A stretch of 64,000 bases of DNA from Callorhinchus milii. Taxonomy: Eukaryota. Below the pieces are notes generated by a model. The model saw only the letters and a list, made by a program, of their open reading frames with translations. It was not told where the DNA came from and searched no databases. Below are positions 13,447 to 26,885 of the stretch, in pieces. The stretch's first letter is position 1. Each line of letters begins with the position of its first letter. The stretch lies in NCBI RefSeq assembly GCF_018977255.1, contig NW_024704743.1, positions 53,694,001-53,758,000 on the forward strand. Direction: 5' to 3'. A program made the position numbers and the translations under genes.

Positions 13447-13843
13447 ACTGGGGGCAGGGAAATCATCCCACTCAGCTCGTGTTAACCCTGCTAGCTAAAG
13501 CCCTAATACGTAGAGTGGTCCTAGCTGGACAAGCAATGGGAAAGCTTGCCAGGCAGTGATGTCAATGGCAAGCTATTCGGTTTTTATTTGGTTAAACTCC
13601 AGCGATAGCACAACACACACTCTGCGGTCCCCAAACCTTGTCTCTTGTCAGTCTGCGCCTAATATTCTCTGGAATTAGATAAGTAGGATGCAATCCTCCA
13701 GGGGAAGAGTGCACATTGCATTCCAATATACGGGAATTTCCATGTGTAGGTGGCATATGTGGAACTCTCAATTTGGTTTGGATACTCTTAAGCATCGTGA
13801 CAGGTTTTCACATACGTCAGATGCATGGCTGACCAAAAACAAT
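13447..13843 (+). repeat. Unclassified interspersed repeat, family X copy 2
   Basis: Shared ggacaagcartgggaa, ttggatactcttaag and gtcag..ctgaccaaaa. Confidence 0.8.
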
Positions 13844-14419
13844 AGTTTCAACCTCTCACAAATATAAAATAGTGACTTGGGGATTCATAGAGAATTTAGG
13901 AGGAACTTCTTCACACAGAGGATAGTGAGAATGCAGAAATCACTGCCTGAAGAGCTTATTAAATCTTGCTATAGATGCATTTGAGAGTACTCATGAGGGA
14001 GAAGGCTATGGGAGGGAGTAAGCACTCTGGGATGCTACCCCGCACGAAGGGCGCTATATAAATGCTAGTTCTTGTTGTTGTGTAGGTTTGTTGGTTTATT
14101 AGATATTGTATGCACTGATAAATAAATCTCATGTTGATATCCTCTTATATCCTTCATAACTCCTGTTATGTTCCTGTTCCTGCAAGATTTATAGAAAGTA
14201 CAGCTCAGAAACAAGCCATTTATCCAAACAATTTCAACCGGTGCTTATACTTCATACAAGTGCCTATCTTAGATTCCATCACTAGTCCCAGTCCTCATAC
14301 CCCTCCACTTTATTCTCCTGCAACCATATTTCATAGTAAATAGAGAGAAATTACATACCAGAAGATTGGGACACCACTTACCACATCTATCTAACTTGAA
14401 TAATTGCATTTAACCTCCT

Positions 14420-14830
14420 ACTCTTTGCTTTTTCCCCTGTAGCAAATTCTTGATCCATTTGGCTGTCTTCTCTTCAATCCCATATACCCTGAATTTAGCC
14501 TTAAGTCTTTGGTGTGGTACTTTGTCAAACATTTTTGAAAATCCACCTACACCACATTTATTGCATGTAGCTCATCAATCATTTTTGTTATCCCCTTGGA
14601 AAATTCTATTAAGTTTGTCAAACAGGATCTTCCCCTCTGAAACCCATGTTGACTTGTTCTAACTATATTTTCCTCATCAATAAAATCAATAATGGAGTCT
14701 TTGATTGTATATTGCATTATTTTCCCCTACAGATATCCAAGTAACTGGCCATAATTTACCCAGATTAGCCTTATCCCCTTTTTTTGAAGATGGGTTTGAC
14801 ATTAGACACTCTCCAATCTTCTGGTATGTA
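14420..14830 (-). mobile_element. Degraded CR1 LINE RT fragment
   Basis: Minus strand around 14500-14545 reads DFQKMFDKVPHQRLK, the CR1 DF.KAFDKVPH motif. Confidence 0.75.
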
Positions 14831-15260
14831 ATTTCCCTCCATTCACATATGAAATGTGATCAGATATTCTGTTTTTACAACCTGAGAGGTTCTAAAATCC
14901 TCCTTCAAAGGATTTTTACTTTGACAAGCTGACCTGTTCAGAAGTCAGATTAGAATTCCAAAAGGAATGAACATCAGAGAGAGACTTGCTTTATTTAAAG
15001 AACAGTGTTTTCTAAAGAGAGGTAGTTGACCAAAGAACTTTTGAGAGGGAGATTTGATATCAGCTCCAGATTGCACAGCATTCCTGGCTGCCAGGGGAAA
15101 CAGTACTCAGTTGGACACAGAGCCATTCTGGGGATTAGAAAAAACAGCTTTACTTAAAACTGTAGTTCTTTTAAACTAGGCACTTTAAATGTATGCACAT
15201 TTTCCAAGTCAGTTGCTGTCATGTTTGGTAATCAAATATTATACTTGTGTCTGTTTTTTA

Positions 15261-15625
15261 GGTGTCAGCATGGCTCAGTTCATAGCACTCTCGTCTCCGA
15301 GTCAGAAGGTTGTGGATTTAAGCCCCATGTTGGAATTTGGAACATGTTGCAAGTTGCCACTCCAATACAGTGCTGCGGGTGCGCTAGGATGTCGGAGGTG
15401 CCATGCTTCACATGAGACTTTAATCCAAGCTTCCATTTGTCTGTTCAGTTGGATGTCAACAATCCCAAGATAAGATTGGTCATTTATTTGATGACTTTAT
15501 GTGGGACTTTACTGTGTACACATTGCCTGCTACACTTGCCTACAAATACTGTCACTAAACTTTACAGTGAATACTGTGAAGTGTTTTGAGACGTCCTCCT
15601 GATGTGAAAGGCACTATATGAAGTG
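15261..15625 (+). mobile_element. Old DeuSINE (SacSINE1-like)
   Basis: tRNA-like head gtcagcatggctcag...gagtcagaaggttgtgg, degenerate Deu-like domain, L2-type tail. Confidence 0.65.
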
Positions 15626-16121
15626 CGCATATGTTCATAGATGGACGATCCGAGATATTATGCTCGTGAACGGCACTACGTAGATGCAAGTTGTTGCTGT
15701 TATTTATGTCTTTATTGAATAAATCTCTTTCCAATTTTTTTTATGCCTATATCACTCAAGCAGTGTTTGCTGCTTTCCAAATGAACTGCTGCCCTTAATT
15801 CTTATTAATTTATAACAGGAATATTGTTGATCTGGGGAAGGTTAAAGATTCACAGAAAGCTCATCCCAAAACAACAATTGGTGACAGCCTCAGATTCTTT
15901 TTACTTTGTAAAGAAAGTTGTGGATATACTCACCACTATCAAAACAGTCCTGCAGTGGTGATATTCATTCCTCCCCTGGATGATACAACAACAAGATTAC
16001 ATTTGTATAGCGCCTTTCATGTTGGGAGTACGTCCCAAGGCGCTGGTCAGAGTACAGCATGTCAGACCTCACCCCTTTCCCCCACCTCTATTGGAGTAGA
16101 ATTCACTGGTGAAGATTGGAC

Positions 16122-17261
16122 TATTCGATACGGTCGACCACGCTATCCTCCTCCACCGCTTGTCCTCCCACCTCAACTTTCAAGGCCCTGTCCTTGAGTG
16201 GTTTAGGTCGTACCTCTCCCACCGTCTTCACTTTATTTCCACGAATGGCTTTTCCTCCAGCCCCCGCACTGTCTCGTGCGGTGTCCCTCAGGGCTCTGTC
16301 CTCGGTCCCCTCCTCTTCACCCTCTATATGCTCCCCCTTGGTGACGTCATCCGCAGACATAGGTTTATTAACTTCCACATGTATGCGGACAGACACCCAA
16401 CTCTAACTTTCCTCCTCTACCCTCAACTCCACGACCACCGATGTCCTGACAGCTGCCTGTCCGACATCGAGTCCTGGACGAGAGACAACTTCCTTCAGCT
16501 CAACGTGCGTAAAACTGAGGCCCTCCTGATTGGCTCACGTCAGCGCCTCCGCACCTCAGGCGCTGACAGCATCAGCATCCAAGGCTGCACTCTCCACCTC
16601 TCAAAGCCAGTCAGGAACCTCGGGTTCTGTTCGACCCTGAGCTGTCCTTTCTTCCTCATATCCGCGCCACAACTGGCCCCGCCTTCTATCATCTCCGAAA
16701 TATCGCCAGACTACGGCATTACCTCACCCCTCACGCTGCTGAAACTCTGGTCCACGCCTTTATCACCTCAAGGCTGGACTATGGGAACTCTCTCCTCGCC
16801 GGCCTTCCCGGCACCTCCCTCCACAAGCTGCAGGTCATTCAGAACTCTGCAGCTCGTGTACTGTCCCGCACCAGGCTTCGGGACCACATCACTCCCACCC
16901 TCGCTCGCCTCCACTGGCTCCCCATCCCCCAGAGGATCGAATTCAAGATCCTCATCCTCACCTACAAGCCCATTCACGGCCTTCCTCCCTCCTACCTCTC
17001 CGACTTACTATCCCCCTACCTACCTGCCCGTACCCTCCGTTCCTCTGGCTCCGGTCTGCTCCACATCCCCCGCCCCAACCGCCCTACCATCGGTGGCCGG
17101 GCCTTCAGCCTCTGAACCATTTCTCCCCAATGCTCGGGTCCTGACCCAACTGTACAGCGCCTTGGGACGTCCTCCCGACGTGAAAGGCACTCTATAAATG
17201 AAATCTTGTTGTTGTTGTTGTTATTATTGTTATTATTATTATTGTTATTATTGTTGTTGTT
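16122..17261 (+). mobile_element. L2-clade LINE, 5'-truncated, frameshifted reverse transcriptase (longest copy in the window)
   Basis: RT motifs [25 protein letters not shown](D), NFLQLN..KTE; typical L2 C-terminus in a shifted frame; (TTG/TTA)n tail. Confidence 0.92.
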
Positions 17262-17914
17262 ACTATGGTGCTTTGCCTGAGTTTTCATTTTTCACGTGTG
17301 AGTTTTAATGTGTGAGCAGGTTATTAAATAACAGTAACAGCGGCAACTAGCATTTATGTAGTGCCCTTCATATGGGATAGAGTCTCAATGCACTTAACTA
17401 TTCAACTGGGAGTGAGGAGCAAGAAAGCACAGCTATGTTCGACCCTGTTCTTATCCAATGTCCGCACAAAGGTTTCCAGTTCACGATCAGGACCAAGACG
17501 CTCTTCCCCCTTAAATCAAAGGTGCTGAGGCTAACAGTAGCACTGCTCAACAATGACTGATTCTTCGAATTTGAACAGGCATGATTATCTTGGGAGATAT
17601 AAGTCCATATATAGAATGTATAATGATTCAAATGAGATATTTGTGGAAAATGGGCACAGAATAAAATTAAATGTAATCTTGTGGAATACAAATTGAAATT
17701 CACCTTGTGACTCTCATTTTCCTAAGGGTGTTATCAAACATCTAGCAACATACAGTAGCTAACCTAATGGCCTTTATACCTGCCTATATAAAGCAGCAAG
17801 CTAATTCACTGCGATCCCAAATTATCAAAATGTTTAAAATATTTCAACGTATGAAGCAGAATAATAAACGTTTGTATGTAAAGCAAGTAAATATATATTG
17901 TGTCTTATCCCATC

Positions 17915-18236
17915 ACTTCAATACAATGCTGAGGTGTGCTGCATCGTTGAAGGTGCTGTTCTTTGGATAAGATGTTAAACAGAGGTCCTGTCCACTAGTT
18001 CAGGTGGATCATAAAGATCCCGTGACACTATTTGAAAAGAGAAAGAATTTTCTCTTGTTGTCCTGCCCAACAATCCCCCAATAAAATTGATCACTCACTC
18101 CATGGCTGTTTGTGGGACATTGGTTGCCACATTTGCCTAAAAATACACAGTCACTATACTTTACAATAGAAGTGCTTTGAGATGTCTTGATGACATGATA
18201 AATTGTTTGAAATGCAAGGATTCTTATTCTTATTAT
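17915..18236 (+). mobile_element. Old DeuSINE (SacSINE1-like) body
   Basis: ggtgctgttctttggataagatgttaaacagaggtcc...aaagatcccgtgacact resembles the Deu domain. Confidence 0.7.
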
Positions 18237-18302
18237 CACTTGATAAACTCAAGTGATAATAATTTAGAGCAGACTGCTTTAACAAGCAGTCTGCTCTAAA
18301 TT
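18230..18302. repeat. Two abutting perfect inverted repeats (14-bp and 19-bp stems)
   Basis: ttattatcacttga-taaac-tcaagtgataataa and aatttagagcagactgctt-taac-aagcagtctgctctaaatt. Confidence 0.9.
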
Positions 18303-19276
18303 TAATGGAAACGTTGATATCACTTTGGCTCCATGAGTTGGAAGAGAGTTACTCTATTCCATGACTGTGTCTATGGCGACCTGCTTCAATATTTGCATTA
18401 TTTCTTGCATTGGCAAGATAATGGTTTTTATGGTTTTGCAAATTGCTTTAATAAGCTATTGCTATCTTCTTCTGCCCTTTACCATAGGCCCACACTTCAT
18501 CAACTAGTTCTGAAACTGCAAAAACAACAAAGAAGCACAACATCTGACTGTGTGTGAAAATTAATCCTGATATTCCAGCATGTATAATTATAAGAGATTA
18601 TTGCACTTTGCGATGTTTGTGGCTTGAAAGCAGTCCCGAGACATAGACAGGCCTTTCTGTGATTTTGAGTTTCCTTTCTGTGTCCAGTTCCCAGATTCTT
18701 TTGCAGGGTAAATAGAGGCAACATAACCACTTGTTTTTTCATAGGATTTTTATGTCACAGATGAGCATGATCACATATCCAACATGTGACAATAACAAGT
18801 TGAAATAACAGATAATATTGGAAAAACACAGAACCTCAAAAAGATTTTGAGTCTCAATCTACATATATATGGTCAATTCACTTTACGGTATATTCTATGA
18901 AGTGCTTTGAGACATCTAGAAGACGTGAACAGCACTATATCAAATGCAAGGATTATTTATAAGGATTATTTATAACCTATCTTTCTTTCAGATGTTGATT
19001 CAGCTGCAGTACATCTTCAAAACATATCAGATTTTTTTTCAGATCAGAAACAATGTTGGCCAGATTAATCAAGGTAAATAGTATGTTCCTCTATTAAAAC
19101 CCAATACAGATCTGACAGACTGCAGAGGGTAGGATATCATTTCCTGATTTCCTGATTTCAATTAGCCCATCAAGGGAAAGAAAAGGTTCCCACACAGAGT
19201 GGAACAGAAAAACACTGGACTTCTCATAATGCAGTAGTCTTTTCTCGGGCATGTCTCTGAGAATGCCTCGGAGTGC

Positions 19277-19588
19277 CTTAATAATAATCCTTGCATTTGA
19301 TATAGCGCTTTTCACGACTTCTAGATGTCTCAAAGCGCTTCACAGAATATACTGTAAAGTGAATTGACTGTATATTTGTAGGCGAAACGCAGCAGCCAAT
19401 TGCGGACAGCAATGTCACACAAACAGTCGTGGATTGAAATGACCAATTTATTATTGTTTTTTTTTCTTGAGGGATTATTATCAGGCGTGTGGAGTAAGGA
19501 AACTTGGCCAAGGATTCGCCCTGCTGGGAATTGAACCCAGGTCTCTCACTTGCAAAGCCAGTGCTCTAACCATTGGGCTACAGGCCTC
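19277..19588 (-). mobile_element. tRNA-derived SINE (short variant)
   Basis: Head, body and tail present. Confidence 0.9.
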
Positions 19589-22532
19589 CTTAGACAGAAT
19601 GCCACTTTTTGCCCACAAAATACACGGTCAATTTGCTTAACTGTATATTTTGTGAAGTGCTTTGAGACATCTCAAGCCGTGATAAGGCACTATATCAAAT
19701 GAAGGATTATTATAATGCCATATTGTTCAGATAGATCTCAAGACAGAAGAACTAACTAACATGTTATGAAAGAAAACTTTAAAATAAACTACCAAAGTTG
19801 ACTGCATATGTTCTCTTTATACCGTAATTCCTTTAAGAATGTTTATTTCAAATGTTTATGATTTAGTTTAAAATCTCATCTGCGTGATGTACTTTTAAAA
19901 CCAGGTTTCCGCAAACCAGGGGAAGGTTATAAATATTTTTTTAAAACATGACTTTGTTTTTTTTAAAGAACATAAATTATGATGGCTACCACCCCTGTTC
20001 TTGCTGACAACAAAATGCTTATTTTGGCATTTAGCCTACTTATTATGAAATTGCCACAAGCATGTATATGTTCTACAGGTGAAGGAAACCGTAGTAAATT
20101 ATTGCACAATGAGCAAAACACAAATTACATTAATTACTAGGAGTGGGGTTAACTAAAAGAAGCCAACCTGCAATTTTGTGCACGAAACCCCATGTACTGC
20201 AAATCAGACAAGAAGTAAGATTGAAGATAGCTTGTCCACACAAGCTCTTTTACCTAGGTTAATGAGTAGAAGGCAAGTCTCATGCGAGTGGAGTGTTCTC
20301 TTTGTTAGAAGCTGGGTCAGAGCAAGAGAAAGAGAACCGAAGATAAGGAAAGTAATAATCTGGAGGTGACGACTTTATGATTTCAAAAGAAATTGTCAGC
20401 AAAAAATTGACTATCAATTGACCAAGCATAGTGCCACCTTCCTGGAGTTGAGACACTGACATACCACTTGCATTAGACCAGAAGCCATTGTGTCATAAAG
20501 CAGATGGTATGGATGCATTTAAGAGGAAGCTAGATATACGAATGAGGATGAAGCGTATGGGAGGAGTAAGGAGGGGTGAAGACTTATTTGGAGTATAAAC
20601 ACCAGAATGGACTGGTTGGGCCAAATGGCCCATTTCCATACTATATCTATGTGAGGTGGTCACCTCAGGCACTGAATCCTTCCCATCTCCAGGGCGTCAT
20701 AGGCAACACCATTTATAGCACTCCGAGACACTATCCTGTGTAAAGGGCACATTGTTGCTGTCTACCATTATTCAATGGTTTAGGATGCATTGCTAATGAA
20801 AGCTTAATATCAGAACTATTCCCTTAAAGGTAAAGACAAGTGAATATCCATTCAACAATACTAATAGGAAATTCCTCTTGCCAATGTGTGGCAACTTTGA
20901 AAATACATTTATAATGGGAAAATCCCTTATATAAAGGCAAATCCTATTATGACCACACATCAACAAAGTCACTACGCTAAACGGTAAAAGTATTTCACTT
21001 CTGTAGCCCGCACAAAATGTATCAAACATTTAAGTAAAACAAAAGCATGGGGAAATGTGAAATACAATTTGATGTGAAATCAGTGAGAGTAACTACCACA
21101 ACAGGTCAGGTTTTCTTCATTACATAACTATTTATAATTGATATATACTGTAGTTACTAGAAAATAACATTGTGCGTAATGTGCCCTGTGTGTATGTCTT
21201 GTTTTTGCTCTGTAAGGCTCAATTATTTCTTCTCTGTTTCCCCACCCCCACCCCTCTCGGCTACCACTACCAGCTCAGATGCCCAGCCAGCACTACCAGG
21301 TGCTTGGAGACATCCTCCCAATGTGAAAGGCGCTATATAAATGTAAATTTATTGTATTGTGTATGTTTGCTTAGTCCTGTTTTACCACTTATGCTTTGCC
21401 AATATTTCTTGTTTAAAGATTTCTGACTGGGTGACCTGGGGCAGATGGATGGCACAATGCCATTAGCTGCTACATCAACCTCCAAGATATCTATGGCTTC
21501 TTCTATCTCACTAACTCATTTCAACTATGGATATGTAACTAGGAATTGTTTACACCATAAACACTGTACCCACTAGGAACCTTCATTGTGTTTAAGGTTA
21601 AATTGAAGAAGTTCAAAATGACCATCTACATGGCTGGAACTAATTTGGAATACGTGCGATCCAAGGACTTCAAGATACCAATCTAGCTACAGTACTCTGT
21701 GTAATTTGTATGCTTGACTGCACCACACTTCCATATAGACAATGTCACTGCGCGGCATGGTAATGCAGGTCAGATATGCTTTGACGGCCATGATTTTCTA
21801 TTCATTGCTTTTAGATCCTGTTGGTCCGTCAGATTTCTTTACCTAAAGATAGGGAACAGGAGTCATATAAGCTTCATCAAATCATAATCATCAGCTTGAG
21901 GATCCAAAGAATGGAAAGTTTTTTCCTCCGCTCGTGTGCTAGACCTCAAATAATGGAACAAGCTCTTGTTGTGCTGAAGATGGTTTGATTTGTGTTTAGT
22001 TTGGTGCTGATTCCCTCCACTGGTAATGGATGATGTGCTTATTAAAAATACCTTATTACTTATGAAGCAAGCTTCAGTTGTAGAAAGATGGTATTAAAAA
22101 TTTACCAATATCTAACGCAGACTGACACACTGAGAGCCTAGAAGGTGTCAACAACAGGAAAGCCTTACATCACCCTATTTATAAATAAATAAAGTATGAA
22201 TATTTACAGGCAAAATGCTTTGGAGAAGATGATCTGCCATGTAAATGTGTGCAATACTAGATTTCCTATTTTTCTTAGAATATTTTAGAAAAATAAGCGA
22301 AGGCAGTTATTAAGGACGTAAAGCCTGAAATTCTAGGAGCCAAACATTGAAAGATTTAATGCCAATTTATTGTGTTTTATATATCCTGGTATAGTGGCAC
22401 TCAAATATTTGGAAAAAGATGTACATCTTCTGTTCAGTGCTCTGAGATACAATCTTGCATGATAGGTACTACATAAATACAAGTTGTTGTTGTTATAAAA
22501 ACTTCCAGCAAGTGGGAAATAGACACCCTCAG

Positions 22533-22815
22533 TGTGTCAGTTTGGCTCAGAGATATATACTTGCCCTAAGATTTGCCTTTGAATCAGAAGAATGTCAGTT
22601 CTAAGCCACATACCAAGATTGAAACTCATATAGTCTGGCCTGACCCTCCAATGCAATCCTGAGGACGTGCTGCATTATTGGGGATGCCATCTTTTGGATG
22701 AGGTAATAAACCAAAGCCCTCTCTACCTGTTGATGTTAAAGATCCCATGGTACTATTTGACAAGAGAGGAGTTTCAGTATCGTGGTCAACAATCCCCTAA
22801 ATAAAATTGATCATA
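22533..22815 (+). mobile_element. Old DeuSINE (SacSINE1-like)
   Basis: Head plus Deu-like domain (ttttggatgaggtaataaacc...aaagatcccatgg). Confidence 0.65.
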
Positions 22816-24669
22816 CATTTACTTTATTTATCTATGTTACTTAAAAAGCATTGGCAGGTATGCAAATGTTAACCAAGTATATAGGGATATAGATATGTCC
22901 CAAGATTTGAGAATGAAAATAATGGTAATCTTATGACAAAGTTCTCACCAACAGCCACAAAAAATGTACATATCGATAGAAGGTGAATCTGCAGCGCTCC
23001 CTTGTTCTATCATCTTCATCAGGAACAATTGATGGTAAGAAAGTATTTGCTCTGGTATTTTTGGATACTTTCCAAAGCTCTAACTTCAAAACGGCTACTT
23101 TCAGTAGTTGGTAGTTAGATCAAAGACTCAGCATATCCCTTCCTTTCCTAGAATATCTAGCAAACTGTAATCTGGTATCCTGTATGTCATGCATATTAAC
23201 ACTTATGCAGTTAAACAGTGTTTTTATTAGTACTTGATTCTTACATTGCAAAAGCTTCTCAAAGGCAATGGGAGTAAATTGAAAGAAACCTCTGATCTGC
23301 ACGACAACTCCAAGCGATAGATATTAATGTCTGAAAGTGGCAATAACTGAAATAACAGAATGTTTGACTTAAAGTAGCAGGTTCCCAATGCTGCCGCCAA
23401 ATCTGGTACGATGGTTCCAGATAGTGCCCAAGTCTGGAGCTTGTTGATACCAAGACAACCAGTTATATATTGGCACTGGTGTTAAAATCTCTGGAAAAGA
23501 TGGAATAGGAAACTAACCCATTAATGAGGAACAGTTAAGCATTTTACACCAATAACAAGGAAATGTTTATGTCACAAAAAAAGGCCTACATTTTTCTGTT
23601 ACTTTCAAACTCTTTTGTTAACAGAGGAATGCATGGAATTCAGATCCTGAGTTACAGTATTAGTGAAGATGGTTAGTCTGGTTTGAACTTATCTCTAATT
23701 GTTTATTTTTATTAGATCCTTTGAAGCTTGCTTGAGGCATTCACATGTTCAATGTCCTCATGTTCCCATATAAAGTGCACAGCAGAACAGCACAACACAC
23801 CACATTGGGATATAGGAAAGACATACCACTGAAATTCCCAATGGTTTAGCTAGTAATTTTTTTTGGCTGATCAGTTAAAATACGACTTTTCGTTCTGGAA
23901 GCTAGTAAGTAGACTTCCACTCTGTCCCTGTTCTCCAAAAACTCCTCTCTTTTTTTACTCCACCCTTATTAGAAAAAAATCTGCCATATTAAATTATTCA
24001 TGATGAATGTCGCTTGGTTATAGCTAAGAGTTAAAGAAGTCATGCATTCCCTTTCTCATAAATTCTAAGCAAAGTTATAAATAACTGAACCTATAACTGC
24101 TGAAATTATGCAAGTGTGAACACATGTGAAATGGACACAGAGTATAAAGTGGTTATCCAGCACATGATGCTATTTATACTTATGTTTCAGTTTTCTGTGG
24201 AGTCTATTTTTTTTAAGGTTGTTTTTCTTCGGACAACTTTGTCCAACCTTGACAGTCCTGCCCAGAAAATTAGCTCCTCTCAGACTGCTGCCTTCCCCTC
24301 CAACCAGAAGTCCCCAAGTATAACCTCCTGCTCTGCAAACAGATGGAGAAAGCTTGGTAGCTGAACCATGGTTCAGAGCATGATCTGCCCATTATACTGA
24401 GCGTATGTCCCACATTTTAGTGCCTCCTCAGGCGTTGCATTTTTGTTTCCTCCTCTTCCCTCCATAAAGACTCCTGCACTTTTATGAATGATAAAATCTG
24501 TCCCATACCTTACCCATAGATAGCACCCTTCATGTAGGGTAATATCTTGGGGTACTTTGCATGTTGGATGCTGATGCTCGAGTTAGATGAGAGGAGAGAG
24601 CAAGCGGTGGAATTAGGTGAGAGAAAGCGGATGTTGGTGGGTTATTTAATCATTGTGCGGGTAAAATAA

Positions 24670-25191
24670 CTAAACTTGGAGTCAAAATATCTCAAGTTGT
24701 TGTCTTAAATTTTTGGCTGTATTGAATTTTTTGAACAGTCTTACATGTAGTCTCAGTTTGGAAGCCAATTTTCCACTGTCCCCTTAAAGAGCTGTGGAAA
24801 AGTGGACTTCAAATTAAGAATGTATTTAAGATTGTTATCCAAAATTATTATTGTGCACAGACTTATATTTAAAGACAATTGTCTTAAGGCTAATAATGTG
24901 AGAAATTTCTGGCCCTTGTCCTTTCCTATCATCTTGTCACATCTTTTCCTGACCCAAGACCTGAAATACATTGGTCTTCATTAGTAAGACTATTTAATCT
25001 TAAAATTTAAGATCGAACAGAGTTACAGAAAATTCTTCTTGAACTCAGTTTTAATTTGGAAATTGGTTCTTTTTAAGAATGGCAGAAATTCAGCTCCTAA
25101 ATGAATGTAAGGATTTTCCACAATTCTTGGCAGTTGTTAAATTTTAAGACAAAATCATCTGAAACGCTAAGACTAGGTGGAATTTCGGGAC
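24670..25191. mobile_element. Two adjacent palindromic MITE-like elements (about 24670-24914 and 24958-25191)
   Basis: Similarity to 30405-30657; internal dyad ttttccac...gtggaaaa. Confidence 0.55.
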
Positions 25192-25777
25192 TCCAGTATT
25201 CATATAAATGAATTTTGAATCATGAGTCAGTGGATCATGTTCAAGAATCACAAAGAATTACATAGACTGTACAGCACTGAAAAAGGCCATTGAACTCAAC
25301 TAGTCCATGATCCAAAAACAGTGGCTATCCTCGGGAGTTTCTTTTGTCCTCCCCAGTTTGGAAATCATGAGGCCAATTGCAGGACTACTTTACTCCACCC
25401 CTCCACCATGTACCCTGGCTGAGATGAACTATCTCAATGCAGAGATCAAAGCTAGTACCTTTCTGACCACTGTAACAATCCTTTCAGCCAAAATAGGTCT
25501 GTGCTTGCCACACATCTTTATGCACTGGCTTAAATTCTTGAAAGCGGACACGGTAACCTTGGCATCATGGTGATTCAATGATTTAATTGCCTCATCAACT
25601 GCCCACATTTTCTTTGATTGAGGCACTTTCAAAATGAAAGAATTGTCGTGTAACCTGTGAGGCGGCAGATATCACATGTTATGGGATCAGTGGAGCAAAA
25701 CCTTCGGAGCAGGCTGTTCCTGGAGCAGTGCCTGCACGAAAATTTCCTAAAACATGACAACTTTAATACCAATAATA

Positions 25778-26034
25778 TAATATAATAATAATAATAATCC
25801 TTCCATTTGATGTAGCGCTTTTCATGTTTTCTAGACGTCTCAAAGCGCTTCACAGAATATGCTATAAAGTGAATTGACTGTATATTTGTGGGCGAAACTC
25901 GGTAGCCAATTGCACACAGCAATGTCCCACAAACAGTCGTGGATTGAAAATTACCAATTTATTATTGTTTTGTTTTTTGGAGGGATTATTATTAGGCGTG
26001 TGGAGTAAGGAAATTTGACCAAGGTTTCAGCCTG
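25778..26034 (-). mobile_element. tRNA-derived SINE, head missing
   Basis: Body and (TTA)n tail present. Confidence 0.85.
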
Positions 26035-26094
26035 TCTAATGGGTTCACACCAATGCTTCTCACGCATTGGGCAAATATTGAGTTACTTAACCTA

Positions 26095-26885
26095 ACAACA
26101 ACAACAACTTGAACTTACATAGCGTCCTCCACGACCATAAGCACGGTTGAAAATAAAGGTTTTCAGGCAGGACTTGAAAAAGGGGAGAGAGGGGACAAGG
26201 CGGAGGGATTGAGTGAGAGTGTTTCATAGTTTCGGGGCATAGTGACTGAATGCGCGAACTCCAATGGTGGAGTGGGGGGCGCGAGGGACAAGCAGGAGGC
26301 CGGTGCCAGTTGAGCAGAGGCGCCGGGTGGTGGATTGGGGAGTGAGGAGATCGGAGAGGTAGGGAGGTGACATGGAATGAATGGACTTGAACACGAGTGT
26401 GAGGATCTTGAAGTCGATCCATTCGGTGATGGGGAGCCAGTGGAGCCTGGCCAGAACTGGTGAGATGTGGGTACGGAGTTTGGTCCGAGTCAGTATGTGG
26501 GCAACAGAGTTCTGAATGAGCTGGATTTATTGAATAGTGGAGCAGGGGAGACCGGCGAGGGGTGCGTTTGAGTAATCCAGGAAGGAGGTGACAAACGTAT
26601 GTACGAGGGTTTCAGTTGCATTTGGGGAAATATGGGCAATGTGGCAGAGATGGAGGAAGGGGGTCCTGGTCAGGGACCAGATGTGGGAGAGGAAAGACAG
26701 CTGGGGATCAAACTGGACACTTAGATTGCGCACCGGTTCGGTGAGTCTGAAGGAGAGCTTAGGAAAGTTGAGGAGTTCAGATCTGCAGGAGTGAAGGCAT
26801 TGACAGGAGCCAAGGAGTATGGCTTCTGTCTTGTCCACATTCAGCTGCAGGAATTTTCCACTCATCCAGGCCCTGATGTTGCCCT
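26095..26885 (-). mobile_element. L2 LINE 3' fragment (different subfamily)
   Basis: WMSGKFLQLNVDKTEAI, ETLVHTFVTSFLDYSN; (TTG)n tail. Confidence 0.85.

Noticed and set aside
16109..17197. 362-aa ORF as a functional reverse transcriptase
   Set aside because: 5'-truncated L2 with frameshifts at YADD and downstream; no endonuclease domain.
20178..25760. Short ORFs as exons of an upstream gene
   Set aside because: No recognisable domains and no consistent splice chain; an unrecognised exon cannot be excluded.
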